The notes under the pieces were generated by a model. It had not been told where the DNA came from. It did not search any database and saw nothing but the letters and a program-made list of their open reading frames with translations. A stretch of DNA of 64,000 nt from an uncultured Gemmatimonadales bacterium (lineage in GTDB: Bacteria; Gemmatimonadota; Gemmatimonadetes; Palauibacterales; Palauibacteraceae): NCBI GenBank assembly GCA_963783385.1, contig CAWANJ010000007.1:192001-256000 (forward strand), written 5' to 3'. This document shows positions 38,649 through 47,505 of the stretch, piece by piece. Within the stretch, counting starts at the first letter, position 1; every line of letters starts with the position of its first letter. Made by a program: the position numbers and the translations under genes.

Positions 38649-39158
38649 GTGAACGTACCGTCCGGGACCGGGCCGGGGACCGATCCGGACGAGCCCATGG
38701 TGCTCCTGCCGGAGGACGAATCCGGGCGATTCGGGCACTGGACGCCGGGACGCTGGATCCTGGTGGCCGTACTGATCGGGGCTGCCGCGGGAGGCGGCGC
38801 CGTCCTGTTCCTGGGCGGCGGAGACCAGGGCAACGCCGGCGCGCCGGCGCGCCCGGAGCCCGAGCGGCGGGTGGACCCGGTCGTGCGCCGCCTGGGCATG
38901 CTCTCGGACTCGCTGCAGGATCGCCTGTCGGCGTACTGGGAGGCCCAGGATGGATTCGACCGCAGGCGGATCGGGTGCGACAGTCTGGCGAGCGTCTACC
39001 GGGGCGTGGACGAGGCCTTCCTGTCGGTGGCGCAGGCCTACCGGCAGACGGGGGCCCCGGCCGACACGGCGGTCGCCCGCACCTTCGACCGGGCCTCGAC
39101 GGCGGCCGACAGCGCCAACCGTCGGTTCGACGCGACCGGTTGCCGGAGACCGGAGTAG
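38649..39158 (+). CDS. Single-TM hypothetical protein with helical extracytoplasmic domain (two Cys)
   Basis: TM WILVAVLIGAAAGGGAVLFL; C-terminal ...GCDSLA...GCRRPE. Start uncertain (GTG 38649 after GAGG). Confidence 0.65.
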   Translation: MNVPSGTGPGTDPDEPMVLLPEDESGRFGHWTPGRWILVAVLIGAAAGGGAVLFLGGGDQGNAGAPARPEPERRVDPVVRRLGMLSDSLQDRLSAYWEAQDGFDRRRIGCDSLASVYRGVDEAFLSVAQAYRQTGAPADTAVARTFDRASTAADSANRRFDATGCRRPE

Positions 39159-39236
39159 AGCGGAGGCGGTTACGGCGTTGCGCACGCAGGCGGCGGGCGA
39201 GCGGCGGCAGCGTGATTCTCGATACGGAGGCGGGGC

Positions 39237-41462
39237 GTGAAGCGATCGGTCCTGTACACGATCCTGGTGATGTTCGGCGTCGGACTGGCGGTCCCCGGCC
39301 GGGCCGCGGCGCAGCAGACCCCGCCTCTCACCAAGACGGACGTCGTCCGTCTGCTGGTGAGCCCATCCACCACCCAGGCGGAGACGGCGCGCACGATCCG
39401 TAGCCGTTGCCTGAGCTTCCAGCCCACGGCGTCGGACATCGACGACTTCAAGCGACTGGGCGCGACGCAGCCGGTGCTCGACGCGATCCAGGCCTGCCAG
39501 GCCCAGCGCGAGGCGGAGCAGCGTCGCCGGCAGCAGGAGCGGCAGCGCCAGCAGGAGCAGAAGCCCCCGCCCACCGCGGCGCAGCCGTCCGCGGCGGCTC
39601 GCCCGAGCCTCAGCCTCGAGGCCGACTCCGCGCGGACGGTCACCGGCGGGGAGGTGTCCATCCCGGTGCACGTGGAGAGGAACGGCCAGCCGGTGAGCGG
39701 CATCCGGGTGGTGGCGCGCGGGAGCGGTAGCCTGCCCGGCGGGTCGGGCTCCGACGTCACGGCCGTGACGGACCCGGACGGATCGGCGCGGCTCCGCGTG
39801 ACCGCCCCCTCCGCCGCGGGTCGCTACCAGGTGCAGGTCGCTCCAATCTCGTCCGACGTCCAGGGGGGAGGGCCGTTCCAGCTCGTGGTCCTTCCGGGAC
39901 TGGCGCGCACGGTCCTCCTGCAGCCCGACCACCTGCGGCTGGCGCAGGCCGGTCTGGACACCCTGTCGATGAGCGTGGTCGTGCACGACGCGCAGGGCAA
40001 CGGCGTCACGGGCGCGGAGGTCCGGCTCCGGCACAGCGAGTCCGGGGGCCGCGAGGTGAGCTGGCGGGCGACCACGGGCCCGTTCGGCCTGGCCGACTTC
40101 CACCTCCCGGCCGACGCCTTCCGGGGCGGAGACACCCTGGCGGTGGTCGTGGACGGGAAGGTCCTCGCGCACCTCCCCGTGACGGGAGAGCGCACCCCCG
40201 AGGTGGCGGTCCGGCCGGACTCGCTCGGTGCCCGGGTTCAGAGGGCGCAGGGGTTGCTGGACGCCGGTCAGCCCTCTCAGGCGGCCCAGGCGTTCCAGGA
40301 GATCCTCGCGCAGGACGCCCGGAACGCGGACGCCCTCGTCGGCCTCGGCCAGGCGCTCCTCGCGCAGGGGGCGACGCCCCGGGCCGAGGCGCGGTTCCGG
40401 GACGCGCTCGCCGCCGACCCCAGCCGGGTGGACGCCATGCAGGGGCTGGCGCGCATCGCGCGCGATCGCGGGGACCTGAAGGAGGCCGCGCGCTGGCAGC
40501 GCTCGGTGGCCGAGCACCGTCCGGCCCAGCCGGACGCGTGGATCCAGCTCGGAGACCGGTATCTGGCGGCGGGGGAGGCCCGGGAGGCGCACGACGCCTA
40601 CCAGCGGGCCCTGGTGCTCGATCCGGGCTCGCGCGAGGCGCGGGCCGGCCTGCGGCGCGTGGAAACCGCCGTGCGCGCCACGCCGCCCTACGCCGAGGGC
40701 TTCATGTGGGGCGGGAAGCTGTTCTCCCCGGCCGGCTCGGGGAACGGTCGGTCCGTCGGCTTCCGGCGGGGCGGGGCGGCGGTGTGGCCGGTGCCGCAGC
40801 TGCGGCTGCGCGGCTACTACGACAACATGCTGCTCCTCGACCACCCGGAGCTGGTGCGTGGTCCGGTCGACATGCGGGGCGTGTGGGCCGACGCGCGGGC
40901 GAGCTACGGCCCCGGCCAGCGCTTCTCGACCCTGGCCGGCTACGCCCGCCGGGGACAGCCCCCCTACGACGTGGGGGAGGACGTGTTCGAGCTGGCCCAG
41001 ACGGTGCGGCTCGGAGAGGGGCTGCGCGACTTCGACCGGGTGTCGCTGCGGCTCGGGACCCTGATCGGGCACTGGTTCGACCGCACGGACTACCTGGTCA
41101 CGACCACGATCGGGATCCCGGCCAGCCCCACGGTCCGGGTCGTGCCGAGCTTCTCGTACGGGGACTACGTCGGAACGGTCGCGTTCGCGGACCGATACGC
41201 CGCCAAGGAGGGACGCTTCAGCCTGGGCCTGGACATCCGTCCCGCGGCCGGGTGGGAGGTGCAGCCCGCCCTCTCCTACGGCGACGTGACCGCGGCGTCC
41301 GACTCGCTCTCGGGCGGGCTGTTCGACGGGACGCTCCAGGTCACCGCGCCGCTGGGCGACTACAGCCGGGTGCAGGCCTTCTTCCGCTACCAGTCCCCGC
41401 CGGGCCTTCCCAAGTTCACGACCCTGGGGCTGGGATTCTTCGGTCTGGTGCCGCGCCCCTGA
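39237..41462 (+). CDS. Secreted multidomain protein: helical N-domain, Ig-like domains, TPR repeats, C-terminal beta-rich (barrel-like) domain
   Basis: Signal peptide AAA-Q; PVSGIRV..TDPDGSA and DAQGNGVTGAEV..TGPFG.A.F (Ig-like); about 4 TPRs; aromatic beta strands at the C-terminus. Confidence 0.75.
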   Translation: MKRSVLYTILVMFGVGLAVPGRAAAQQTPPLTKTDVVRLLVSPSTTQAETARTIRSRCLSFQPTASDIDDFKRLGATQPVLDAIQACQAQREAEQRRRQQERQRQQEQKPPPTAAQPSAAARPSLSLEADSARTVTGGEVSIPVHVERNGQPVSGIRVVARGSGSLPGGSGSDVTAVTDPDGSARLRVTAPSAAGRYQVQVAPISSDVQGGGPFQLVVLPGLARTVLLQPDHLRLAQAGLDTLSMSVVVHDAQGNGVTGAEVRLRHSESGGREVSWRATTGPFGLADFHLPADAFRGGDTLAVVVDGKVLAHLPVTGERTPEVAVRPDSLGARVQRAQGLLDAGQPSQAAQAFQEILAQDARNADALVGLGQALLAQGATPRAEARFRDALAADPSRVDAMQGLARIARDRGDLKEAARWQRSVAEHRPAQPDAWIQLGDRYLAAGEAREAHDAYQRALVLDPGSREARAGLRRVETAVRATPPYAEGFMWGGKLFSPAGSGNGRSVGFRRGGAAVWPVPQLRLRGYYDNMLLLDHPELVRGPVDMRGVWADARASYGPGQRFSTLAGYARRGQPPYDVGEDVFELAQTVRLGEGLRDFDRVSLRLGTLIGHWFDRTDYLVTTTIGIPASPTVRVVPSFSYGDYVGTVAFADRYAAKEGRFSLGLDIRPAAGWEVQPALSYGDVTAASDSLSGGLFDGTLQVTAPLGDYSRVQAFFRYQSPPGLPKFTTLGLGFFGLVPRP

Positions 41463-41587
41463 TCCGGACGGTCGCGCCGGGAAGTCGGGCCGCGCCCCCC
41501 TGAGGGCGGCCCCGCCGCCCCGCCGCTCCGGCCTCCCCCGCCGCTCCACGACCGGAGTTGGCGGGGGAGGCTTTTTCGGGCGCTCGC

Positions 41588-41609
41588 CTTTCGGTATTTA
41601 TTCGGTATG
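41588..41609 (+). promoter_or_regulatory. TTCGG direct-repeat operator candidate abutting the dnaE2 start codon
   Basis: ctttcggtatttattcggtatg ends in the dnaE2 ATG; an additional TTCGG at 41575. Confidence 0.65.
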
Positions 41610-44600
41610 GCGACACCCTTCGTGGAACTGGCGGCCCGCTCGGCCTTCTCCCTCCTGGACGGGGCCGCCACGCCGGAGGCCCTGGCCGCGAGGGCGGGCC
41701 GGGTGGGGATGCCGGCCCTCGGGATGGCCGACGCGTTCGACCTGGGGGGCGCCGTGCGCTTCGCACGGGCGTGCCGGGAGGCGGGCGTCCGGCCCCTGCT
41801 CGGGGCCGAGGTCTTCGTCCGTCCGGACCGTCCCTTCGTCCTCCTGTGCCGGGGCGTGGAGGGGTGGCGCAACCTCGCCTCCCTGGTCACGGAGGGCCGC
41901 CGGAGCCGCCCCCGGGGCGAGCCGCGGCTGACCGCCGCCGCCCTGGAGGGGCGGACGGGAGGACTCCTGTGCCTGGTCCGGGTGAGCGAGGGCGGAGGGT
42001 CCGTCACCGGAGGAGGCGCCGCGGGCTGGACGGAGGGAGCCGTGCGGGCCCTGGCCGCGCGCTTCCCGGCCGGGGACTGTCTCCTGGCGCTGGAGCACCA
42101 CGGACTCCCGGAGGACGGGCGGCGCGCGGCCCGGTGGATCGAGCTCGCCGACCGGACCGGGATCGCCTGGGTGCCCAGCAACGCGCCCCGGTACGCGGCG
42201 CCGCGGGACCGGATCGTCCACGACGTCCTCACCTGCCTGCGGCACGACACGACCCTGGACGGGGCGGGAGACCGGCTGCTGCCGAACGGGGAGTGGTATC
42301 TGAAGTCGGCGTCTCAGATGGCGGCGCGGTGGTGCTTCGGCGAGGCCCCCAAAAACCCCGGATCACGGGCGGGGGGGAGGGCGCGGGGGTCCTCCTCGGC
42401 TTCGCCTTCGCTGCGCGCCCGTCGATCGCGCTCGGCCTCGAGCGAGATCCCGGTTCGCCGGGACGATGGGCCCGTAGCCGACAGGGCGCTCCGCTCCGGC
42501 TTCGCTCCGGAGGACCCCCGGGCCCTCCCCCCTTCCATCGCGCGGGGCAGGCCGGGAGCTCCCATGGACCACGGCGCCGTCACCTGCGACTGCGCGGGGT
42601 GCCGGGGGATGCGGCGGACGCTGGAGGTGGCGGAGCGCTGCGACTTCCGAATCGAGGACCTCGAGCCGCGGCTGCCGCGGTTCCCGGTGCCGGGGGGAGG
42701 GGAGCCGGAGGGCTTCCTGCGGGCGCTGGTGGAGCAGGGGGCGCGGGAGCGCTACGGCGAGCCGCCCGGCGAGGCGGAGCGGAGGCAGCTCGAGCACGAG
42801 CTGGGGATCATCGGGCGCCTCGGACTGGTCGACTACTTCCTCATCGTGTGGGACATCGTGCGTTTCGCCCGCCGGCGGGGGATCCTCGTGCAGGGGAGGG
42901 GGTCGGCGGCCAACTCGGCCGTGTGCTATTGCCTGGGGATCACGGCGGTGGACCCGGTGGGGATGGACCTCCTGTTCGAGCGCTTCCTGTCCGAGGAGCG
43001 CGGCGAGGCGCCCGACATCGACCTCGACATCGCGCATCGGGACCGCGAGGAGGTGCTCCAGTACGTGTACGGCACCTGGGGGCGGGGCCACGCGGCCATG
43101 GTGTGCGAGTCGATCACCTACCGGGGCCGGCTGGCCGTGCGCGACGCGGCCCGGGTGCTGGGCTTCCCGCAGGAGACCTCCGATCGGCTGTCGGCCGAGG
43201 TCGACCGCGGCGAGGCGTCCGACGCGGCGGCGCGGCTGGCCGACGGGGGCGCGGCGCGGGCCGGTCTCGACCCGGACGATCGCCGCACCCGGGCCCTGAT
43301 CCGGGCCGTGCGCGGCATGGACCGGCTGCCGCGCCACCGCTCCATCCACGTGGGGGGCTTCGTGCTCTCGGACCGGCCGCTCGGGGAGGTCGTGCCGATC
43401 GAGGACGCCTCCATGGAGGAGCGCACGGTCATCCAGTGGGACAAGGACGACCTGGAGGATGCGGGGCTCATCAAGTTCGACCTCCTCGGCCTCGGGATGC
43501 TCACCGTGCTGGGGGACGCGCTGGCCGCGGTGCGCCGCACGCGCGGATGGGCGCTGGACCTGGCCGGGATCCCGGCCGACGACCCGGCCGTGTACGACAT
43601 GCTGTGCGCGGCCGACACGGTGGGCGTCTTCCAGGTGGAGTCCCGCGCGCAGATGAACACGCTCCCCCGGGTGAAGCCGCGCTGCTTCTACGACCTGGTC
43701 ATCGAGGTGGCCCTCATCCGCCCCGGACCCATCCAGGGGGACATGGTCCATCCCTACCTCCGGCGCCGCCGGGGGGAGGAGCCGGTCACCTACCTGGATC
43801 CGCGCCTCGAGCCCGTGCTGGAGCGCACCCTGGGGGTGCCGCTGTTCCAGGAGCAGGGGATGAAGGTGGCCGTGGCGCTGGCCGGTTTCACCCCGGCCCA
43901 GGCGGACCGGCTGCGGCGGGCCATGGGCTTCAAGCGCTCCGAGCCCGCCATGCGGGAGGTGGGCCGGGAGCTCGAGGCGGGGCTGGCGCGGAACGGCGTC
44001 CTCCCGGGCGTCCGGGAGAAGATCTTCAAGCAGCTCACGGCCTTCGCCAGCTATGGCTTCCCGGAGAGCCACGCGGCCAGCTTCGCGCTGCTCGTGTACG
44101 CGTCGGCGTGGCTCAAGCTGTACGCGCCCCCCGAGTTCTACGCCGCCATGCTGAACGCGCAGCCGATGGGCTTCTACAGCCCCTCGACCCTGGTGCACGA
44201 CGCGCGGCGGCACGGGGTCGAGGTACGGCCGGTCGACCTGGCGCGCTCGGCGTGGGACTCGACCCTGGAGCCGGCGCCGCCGCCGGGCCCGGCCTCCGGC
44301 GGCGGCACGGCGGAGGCCGCCGCCCACCACGCCCTCCGGCTCGGCCTCCGCCTGGTGCGGGGGTTGGGCCCGGCGGCCCGCGAGCGGCTCGAGCGGGCGC
44401 TGGAGCAGGGCGCGTTCGCCTCGGTCGAGGACGTGGTGCGGCGCACGGGCCTCGGGGAGGCGGAGCTCCGCGCCCTGGCCGAGGCGGGCGCTTTCCGCAG
44501 CCTGTGGCCGGGGCGGCGGGCGGCGCTGTGGGAGCTGCTCAGGCGGCTGCGCGGCGACGCCGGCCCGCTGGCCCCGCGCCGGCCGGAACCCGGACGGCCG

Positions 44601-45086
44601 CGAGCCGGCGCGATGGTGGAGGGATCGTCCCGGCGAATGGAAGGAAAATCCTTCCCTCTGGCCCCACTCACCCGGCCCGAGCGGGTCGCCGCCGATTACC
44701 GGGCCACCGGTCTCTCTGCCGAGGGGCACCCGATGGAGTTCCTGAGGGAGGCGCTGGCACGGGCGGGCGTGCTTTCGGCGGCGGCGCTCCGGGAGCGGTC
44801 GGATGGGGACGAGGTGCGGGTGGCGGGGATCGCCATCTGCCGCCAGCGGCCCGGCACGGCCCGCGGGGTCATGTTCATGACCCTGGAGGACGAGACCGGG
44901 TTCGCCAACTTCGTGGTCATGCCGGACGTGCGCGAGCGCTTCCGGGTCGAGCTCCGCTCGCCTCTCCTCCTGGCCGCGGGCAAGGTGGAGAGGGAGGAGG
45001 ATGTGATCAACGTCCTGACGCATCGGATCGAGCCCCTGGTCACGCGGGCCGGCGCCGGCCGGGTGCCGAGCCGGGACTACCGGTGA
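41607..45086 (+). CDS. dnaE2: Error-prone DNA polymerase DnaE2 (ImuC)
   Basis: Degenerate PHP domain, QGRGSAANS, PDIDLD, IKFDLLGLGML, YGFPESHAASFA, LNAQPMGFY, OB fold QRPGTARG.FMTLEDETG, C-terminal SRDYR. Confidence 0.95.
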   Translation: MATPFVELAARSAFSLLDGAATPEALAARAGRVGMPALGMADAFDLGGAVRFARACREAGVRPLLGAEVFVRPDRPFVLLCRGVEGWRNLASLVTEGRRSRPRGEPRLTAAALEGRTGGLLCLVRVSEGGGSVTGGGAAGWTEGAVRALAARFPAGDCLLALEHHGLPEDGRRAARWIELADRTGIAWVPSNAPRYAAPRDRIVHDVLTCLRHDTTLDGAGDRLLPNGEWYLKSASQMAARWCFGEAPKNPGSRAGGRARGSSSASPSLRARRSRSASSEIPVRRDDGPVADRALRSGFAPEDPRALPPSIARGRPGAPMDHGAVTCDCAGCRGMRRTLEVAERCDFRIEDLEPRLPRFPVPGGGEPEGFLRALVEQGARERYGEPPGEAERRQLEHELGIIGRLGLVDYFLIVWDIVRFARRRGILVQGRGSAANSAVCYCLGITAVDPVGMDLLFERFLSEERGEAPDIDLDIAHRDREEVLQYVYGTWGRGHAAMVCESITYRGRLAVRDAARVLGFPQETSDRLSAEVDRGEASDAAARLADGGAARAGLDPDDRRTRALIRAVRGMDRLPRHRSIHVGGFVLSDRPLGEVVPIEDASMEERTVIQWDKDDLEDAGLIKFDLLGLGMLTVLGDALAAVRRTRGWALDLAGIPADDPAVYDMLCAADTVGVFQVESRAQMNTLPRVKPRCFYDLVIEVALIRPGPIQGDMVHPYLRRRRGEEPVTYLDPRLEPVLERTLGVPLFQEQGMKVAVALAGFTPAQADRLRRAMGFKRSEPAMREVGRELEAGLARNGVLPGVREKIFKQLTAFASYGFPESHAASFALLVYASAWLKLYAPPEFYAAMLNAQPMGFYSPSTLVHDARRHGVEVRPVDLARSAWDSTLEPAPPPGPASGGGTAEAAAHHALRLGLRLVRGLGPAARERLERALEQGAFASVEDVVRRTGLGEAELRALAEAGAFRSLWPGRRAALWELLRRLRGDAGPLAPRRPEPGRPRAGAMVEGSSRRMEGKSFPLAPLTRPERVAADYRATGLSAEGHPMEFLREALARAGVLSAAALRERSDGDEVRVAGIAICRQRPGTARGVMFMTLEDETGFANFVVMPDVRERFRVELRSPLLLAAGKVEREEDVINVLTHRIEPLVTRAGAGRVPSRDYR
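42356..42547. mobile_element. Palindromic miniature element (MITE/RPE-like) inserted in-frame in dnaE2
   Basis: 24-bp inverted repeats at 42372-42395 and 42509-42532 (23/24 match), nested stems and GCTTCGC loops. Coincides with a ~90-aa segment not expected in DnaE2. Confidence 0.65.
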
Positions 45087-45261
45087 GCCGGCGCCGGCCG
45101 CCCGCGGTCCGGCGACTGGCCGGGTGCACGCTCCGGCGCCTATTGTGTGGGGCCCGGGCCCTCCCCGGTCCCGACGCTTCGCGGCCCGCCCGATCCCGTC
45201 CCGGAGAGAGGAGAGCCCCGGGGCCATCGGTCTCGACACGAAGGAGCAGGAGGCACTCGCG

Positions 45262-45618
45262 GTGACGGAAGCCGACGCACGTACGCCGAAGGTCGTCGAC
45301 AAGCCCTGGGGGCGGGAGATCTGGTACGCCCACACGGATCGTTACGCGGGCAAGGTGCTCGAGGTGACGGCCGGCCACGCCCTCTCGCTCCAGAAGCACC
45401 GCGTGAAGCACGAGACGCTCTACCTGCAGAGCGGGCGCATGACGTTCACCCTGGGGGAGCGCAGCTTCGAGTGGGCTCCCGGGGAGCGCATCGAGATCCC
45501 CCCGGACACCATCCATCGCATGGAGGCGCTCGAGGACTCGGTGATCCTCGAGGTCAGCACACCGGAGCTCGAGGACGTGGTCCGCCTCGAAGACCGCTAC
45601 GGGCGGGCCGGCACGTGA
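45262..45618 (+). CDS. Cupin domain protein (mannose-6-phosphate isomerase type II C-terminal-like)
   Basis: VDKPWGRE, LSLQKHRVKHET, IPPDTIHRM, EVSTPELEDVVRLEDRYGR; AGGAGG RBS. Confidence 0.88.
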   Translation: MTEADARTPKVVDKPWGREIWYAHTDRYAGKVLEVTAGHALSLQKHRVKHETLYLQSGRMTFTLGERSFEWAPGERIEIPPDTIHRMEALEDSVILEVSTPELEDVVRLEDRYGRAGT

Positions 45619-45631
45619 GACCCGGCGCCCG

Positions 45632-46153
45632 ATGAGCGGCCGCCTGCAGGAGCTGCAGGACCGAAGCTACCCGCGGACCTGGCTCCTCCTCGAGGCCGTC
45701 GAGGCGGGGCCGCTCCTCCTGGGCCGGGAGGTCGTGGACCTCTCCCCCGGCGCCATCGAGCTTCGTCACGCGGCCCGGGCTCTGCGCGGCTACGCCGAGG
45801 AGCGCGAGCACTGGCTGGCCCTGGACGAGGAGGGGCGCTGGTCCAGGCTGGGCGAGGGGCATCGCCGCGAGATGTCCTTCGGGCCCGAGATCCGCTACTG
45901 CGTGGAGCGGGACGGCCGCGGACACATTCACGCGGGCCGTCCGCTCCGGCATCTGGCGCTCCGCTTCCGGGGCGGAAGCCTCACGCCGGCCACCTCCGCC
46001 GAGATCGGGCTCTACTTCTACGGCCGGCGACCGGCCGTCTTCGGCCTCATCGGTCCCCAGCGGGTCCACGGCTTCATCGGGTTCGAGTGGGAGCCCCTCG
46101 CCGGCGAGGACGTCCGCTGGCTCCTGGAGCGGGAGATGGGAGAGCGCCGGTGA
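45632..46153 (+). CDS. Hypothetical protein
   Basis: Fills the gap in an operon, with coding-like codon usage; its stop overlaps the next start. Confidence 0.65.
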   Translation: MSGRLQELQDRSYPRTWLLLEAVEAGPLLLGREVVDLSPGAIELRHAARALRGYAEEREHWLALDEEGRWSRLGEGHRREMSFGPEIRYCVERDGRGHIHAGRPLRHLALRFRGGSLTPATSAEIGLYFYGRRPAVFGLIGPQRVHGFIGFEWEPLAGEDVRWLLEREMGERR

Positions 46154-46998
46154 GCCGGGCGGTAGCGATGCTGGTGCGCGCCGCCTGGGTGCCGGCGCGG
46201 GCCGAGCCTACCCACCGGTCCGAGATGGTCACCCAGTGGCTGTGCGGCGAGCGGCTCGTCGCGCTCGAGGAACGGGAGGAGTGGGTGCGCGTCCGCGGTC
46301 CGGACGGCTACGAGGGCTGGTGCGGTCGGGGCGGCCTGCGCGAGGTCGAGGAGGGCGTCGCGGCGGCCTGGGTCCGCGACGCGGAGCTCTACTCTCTCGG
46401 GGTCGAGCTCTCCGGGCCGGTGGAGCCGGCCGGCGCCGTCCGCCCGTGGCCGCGCCACCTGCCGTGGGGAGGGCGCGTGGCCCGGGCCGGGGAGGGGCAC
46501 GTGCGGTTGCCGGATGGCCGGGAGGCCGTACCGTTCGATACGGCGCGGCTCCTGGACCCGGCTTCCCTGCGGCGGCGCTTCCCGAGCCGGGGCGACGCCG
46601 TCGCCGAGACGGCCGCCGGGTGGGCGGGAACCCCCTACCTGTGGGGCGGACGCACCCGACTCGGGGCCGACTGCTCCGGGTTCGTACAGGCGGTGTACGC
46701 CGCGCACGGCGTCGGCCTTCCACGCGACAGCGGGGACCAGCTGTCGGCGGGCCCGGGGGTCGACGAGGCCGTCTCCGACGCGGCCGAGCGTCGGCCCGGA
46801 GACCTCCTGTTCTTCGGAGCGTCCCGCTCGGCGGTCACGCACGTGGCGCTGTCCCTGGGAGGCACGGCCATCCTGCACGCCGCCGCGGCCAACGGAGGGG
46901 TGGCCGCCGACGACCTGGAGGCCCTGCCCGGGTCGCTCGCCGGCCTGCCCTCCCGGCTGGTGGGCGTCACCCGCCCCCTGGAGCTCAGCCCTCGATGA
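46150..46998 (+). CDS. NlpC/P60 (C40) peptidase with N-terminal SH3b domain
   Basis: SEMVTQ.L.GE, DGYEGW, GTPYLWGG, DCSGFVQ, LPRDS..Q, PGDLLFF, HVAL, ILHA. Confidence 0.9.
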   Translation: MSRAVAMLVRAAWVPARAEPTHRSEMVTQWLCGERLVALEEREEWVRVRGPDGYEGWCGRGGLREVEEGVAAAWVRDAELYSLGVELSGPVEPAGAVRPWPRHLPWGGRVARAGEGHVRLPDGREAVPFDTARLLDPASLRRRFPSRGDAVAETAAGWAGTPYLWGGRTRLGADCSGFVQAVYAAHGVGLPRDSGDQLSAGPGVDEAVSDAAERRPGDLLFFGASRSAVTHVALSLGGTAILHAAAANGGVAADDLEALPGSLAGLPSRLVGVTRPLELSPR

Positions 46999-47362
46999 CC
47001 ACCACGGCCGCCGCCAGGCGCCCCTCGTGGGTGAAGCTCAGGTGTACGCTACGCCCGCCCGCCTCCCGCAGGCGCTCGGCGGCGGTTCCCGACAGCCGGA
47101 GGTAGGGGCGGCTCCCGGCCCCGGCCGAAACCTCCACCTCGTGCCAGCCGATCCCCCGGGACCACCCCGTGCCCAGGGCCTTCAGAAAGGCCTCCTTGGC
47201 CGCGAAGCGGGCCGCGAAGCACTCCTCCGGGCGGGCGCGGCCGGCGCAGGCGGCGCGCTCCTCCTCCGAGAACAGGCGGCGTGACGCGCGCACCGGCTTC
47301 CGCTCGAGGAGGCCGGCCACGCGCTCCGTCCGCACCATGTCGATGCCGATACCCACGATCAT
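46985..47362 (-). CDS. acpS: Holo-[ACP] synthase
   Basis: MIVGIGIDMV, AARFAAKEAFLKALGTG, HLSFTHE. Confidence 0.95.
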   Translation of the reverse strand: MIVGIGIDMVRTERVAGLLERKPVRASRRLFSEEERAACAGRARPEECFAARFAAKEAFLKALGTGWSRGIGWHEVEVSAGAGSRPYLRLSGTAAERLREAGGRSVHLSFTHEGRLAAAVVVIEG

Positions 47363-47444
47363 GCGCGCATCGTACGACCCTCTCGGCGACGGGGCCACGC
47401 CCTCATGTGGCCTTCGTCCCGGCGGGCCGGTATATTGGGGCCAG

Positions 47445-47461
47445 TTGAGAATCAGTCTCAA
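47445..47461. promoter_or_regulatory. Fur-box-like palindrome
   Basis: TTGAGAATCAGTCTCAA resembles the 7-1-7 Fur box (TGATAATnATTATCA) and lies directly upstream of an iron permease in an AT-rich patch. Confidence 0.7.
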
Positions 47462-47505
47462 TCAAGCGACAATGCCTTCGGTGAGGACGCGGTTCGGATG
47501 AGCGG

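Noticed and set aside
36462-41549. 1695-aa minus-strand ORF, and similar long ORFs at 7166-10024, 27844-31167 and 41558-45265
   Set aside because: Arg/Pro/Gly-rich, with no motifs, and overlapping well-supported genes; stop codons are rare at this GC content.
42333-42600. Intein in DnaE2 (the insert begins with CF)
   Set aside because: Too short, with no terminal His-Asn followed by Cys/Ser/Thr and no splicing-block motifs; the DNA palindrome explains it better.
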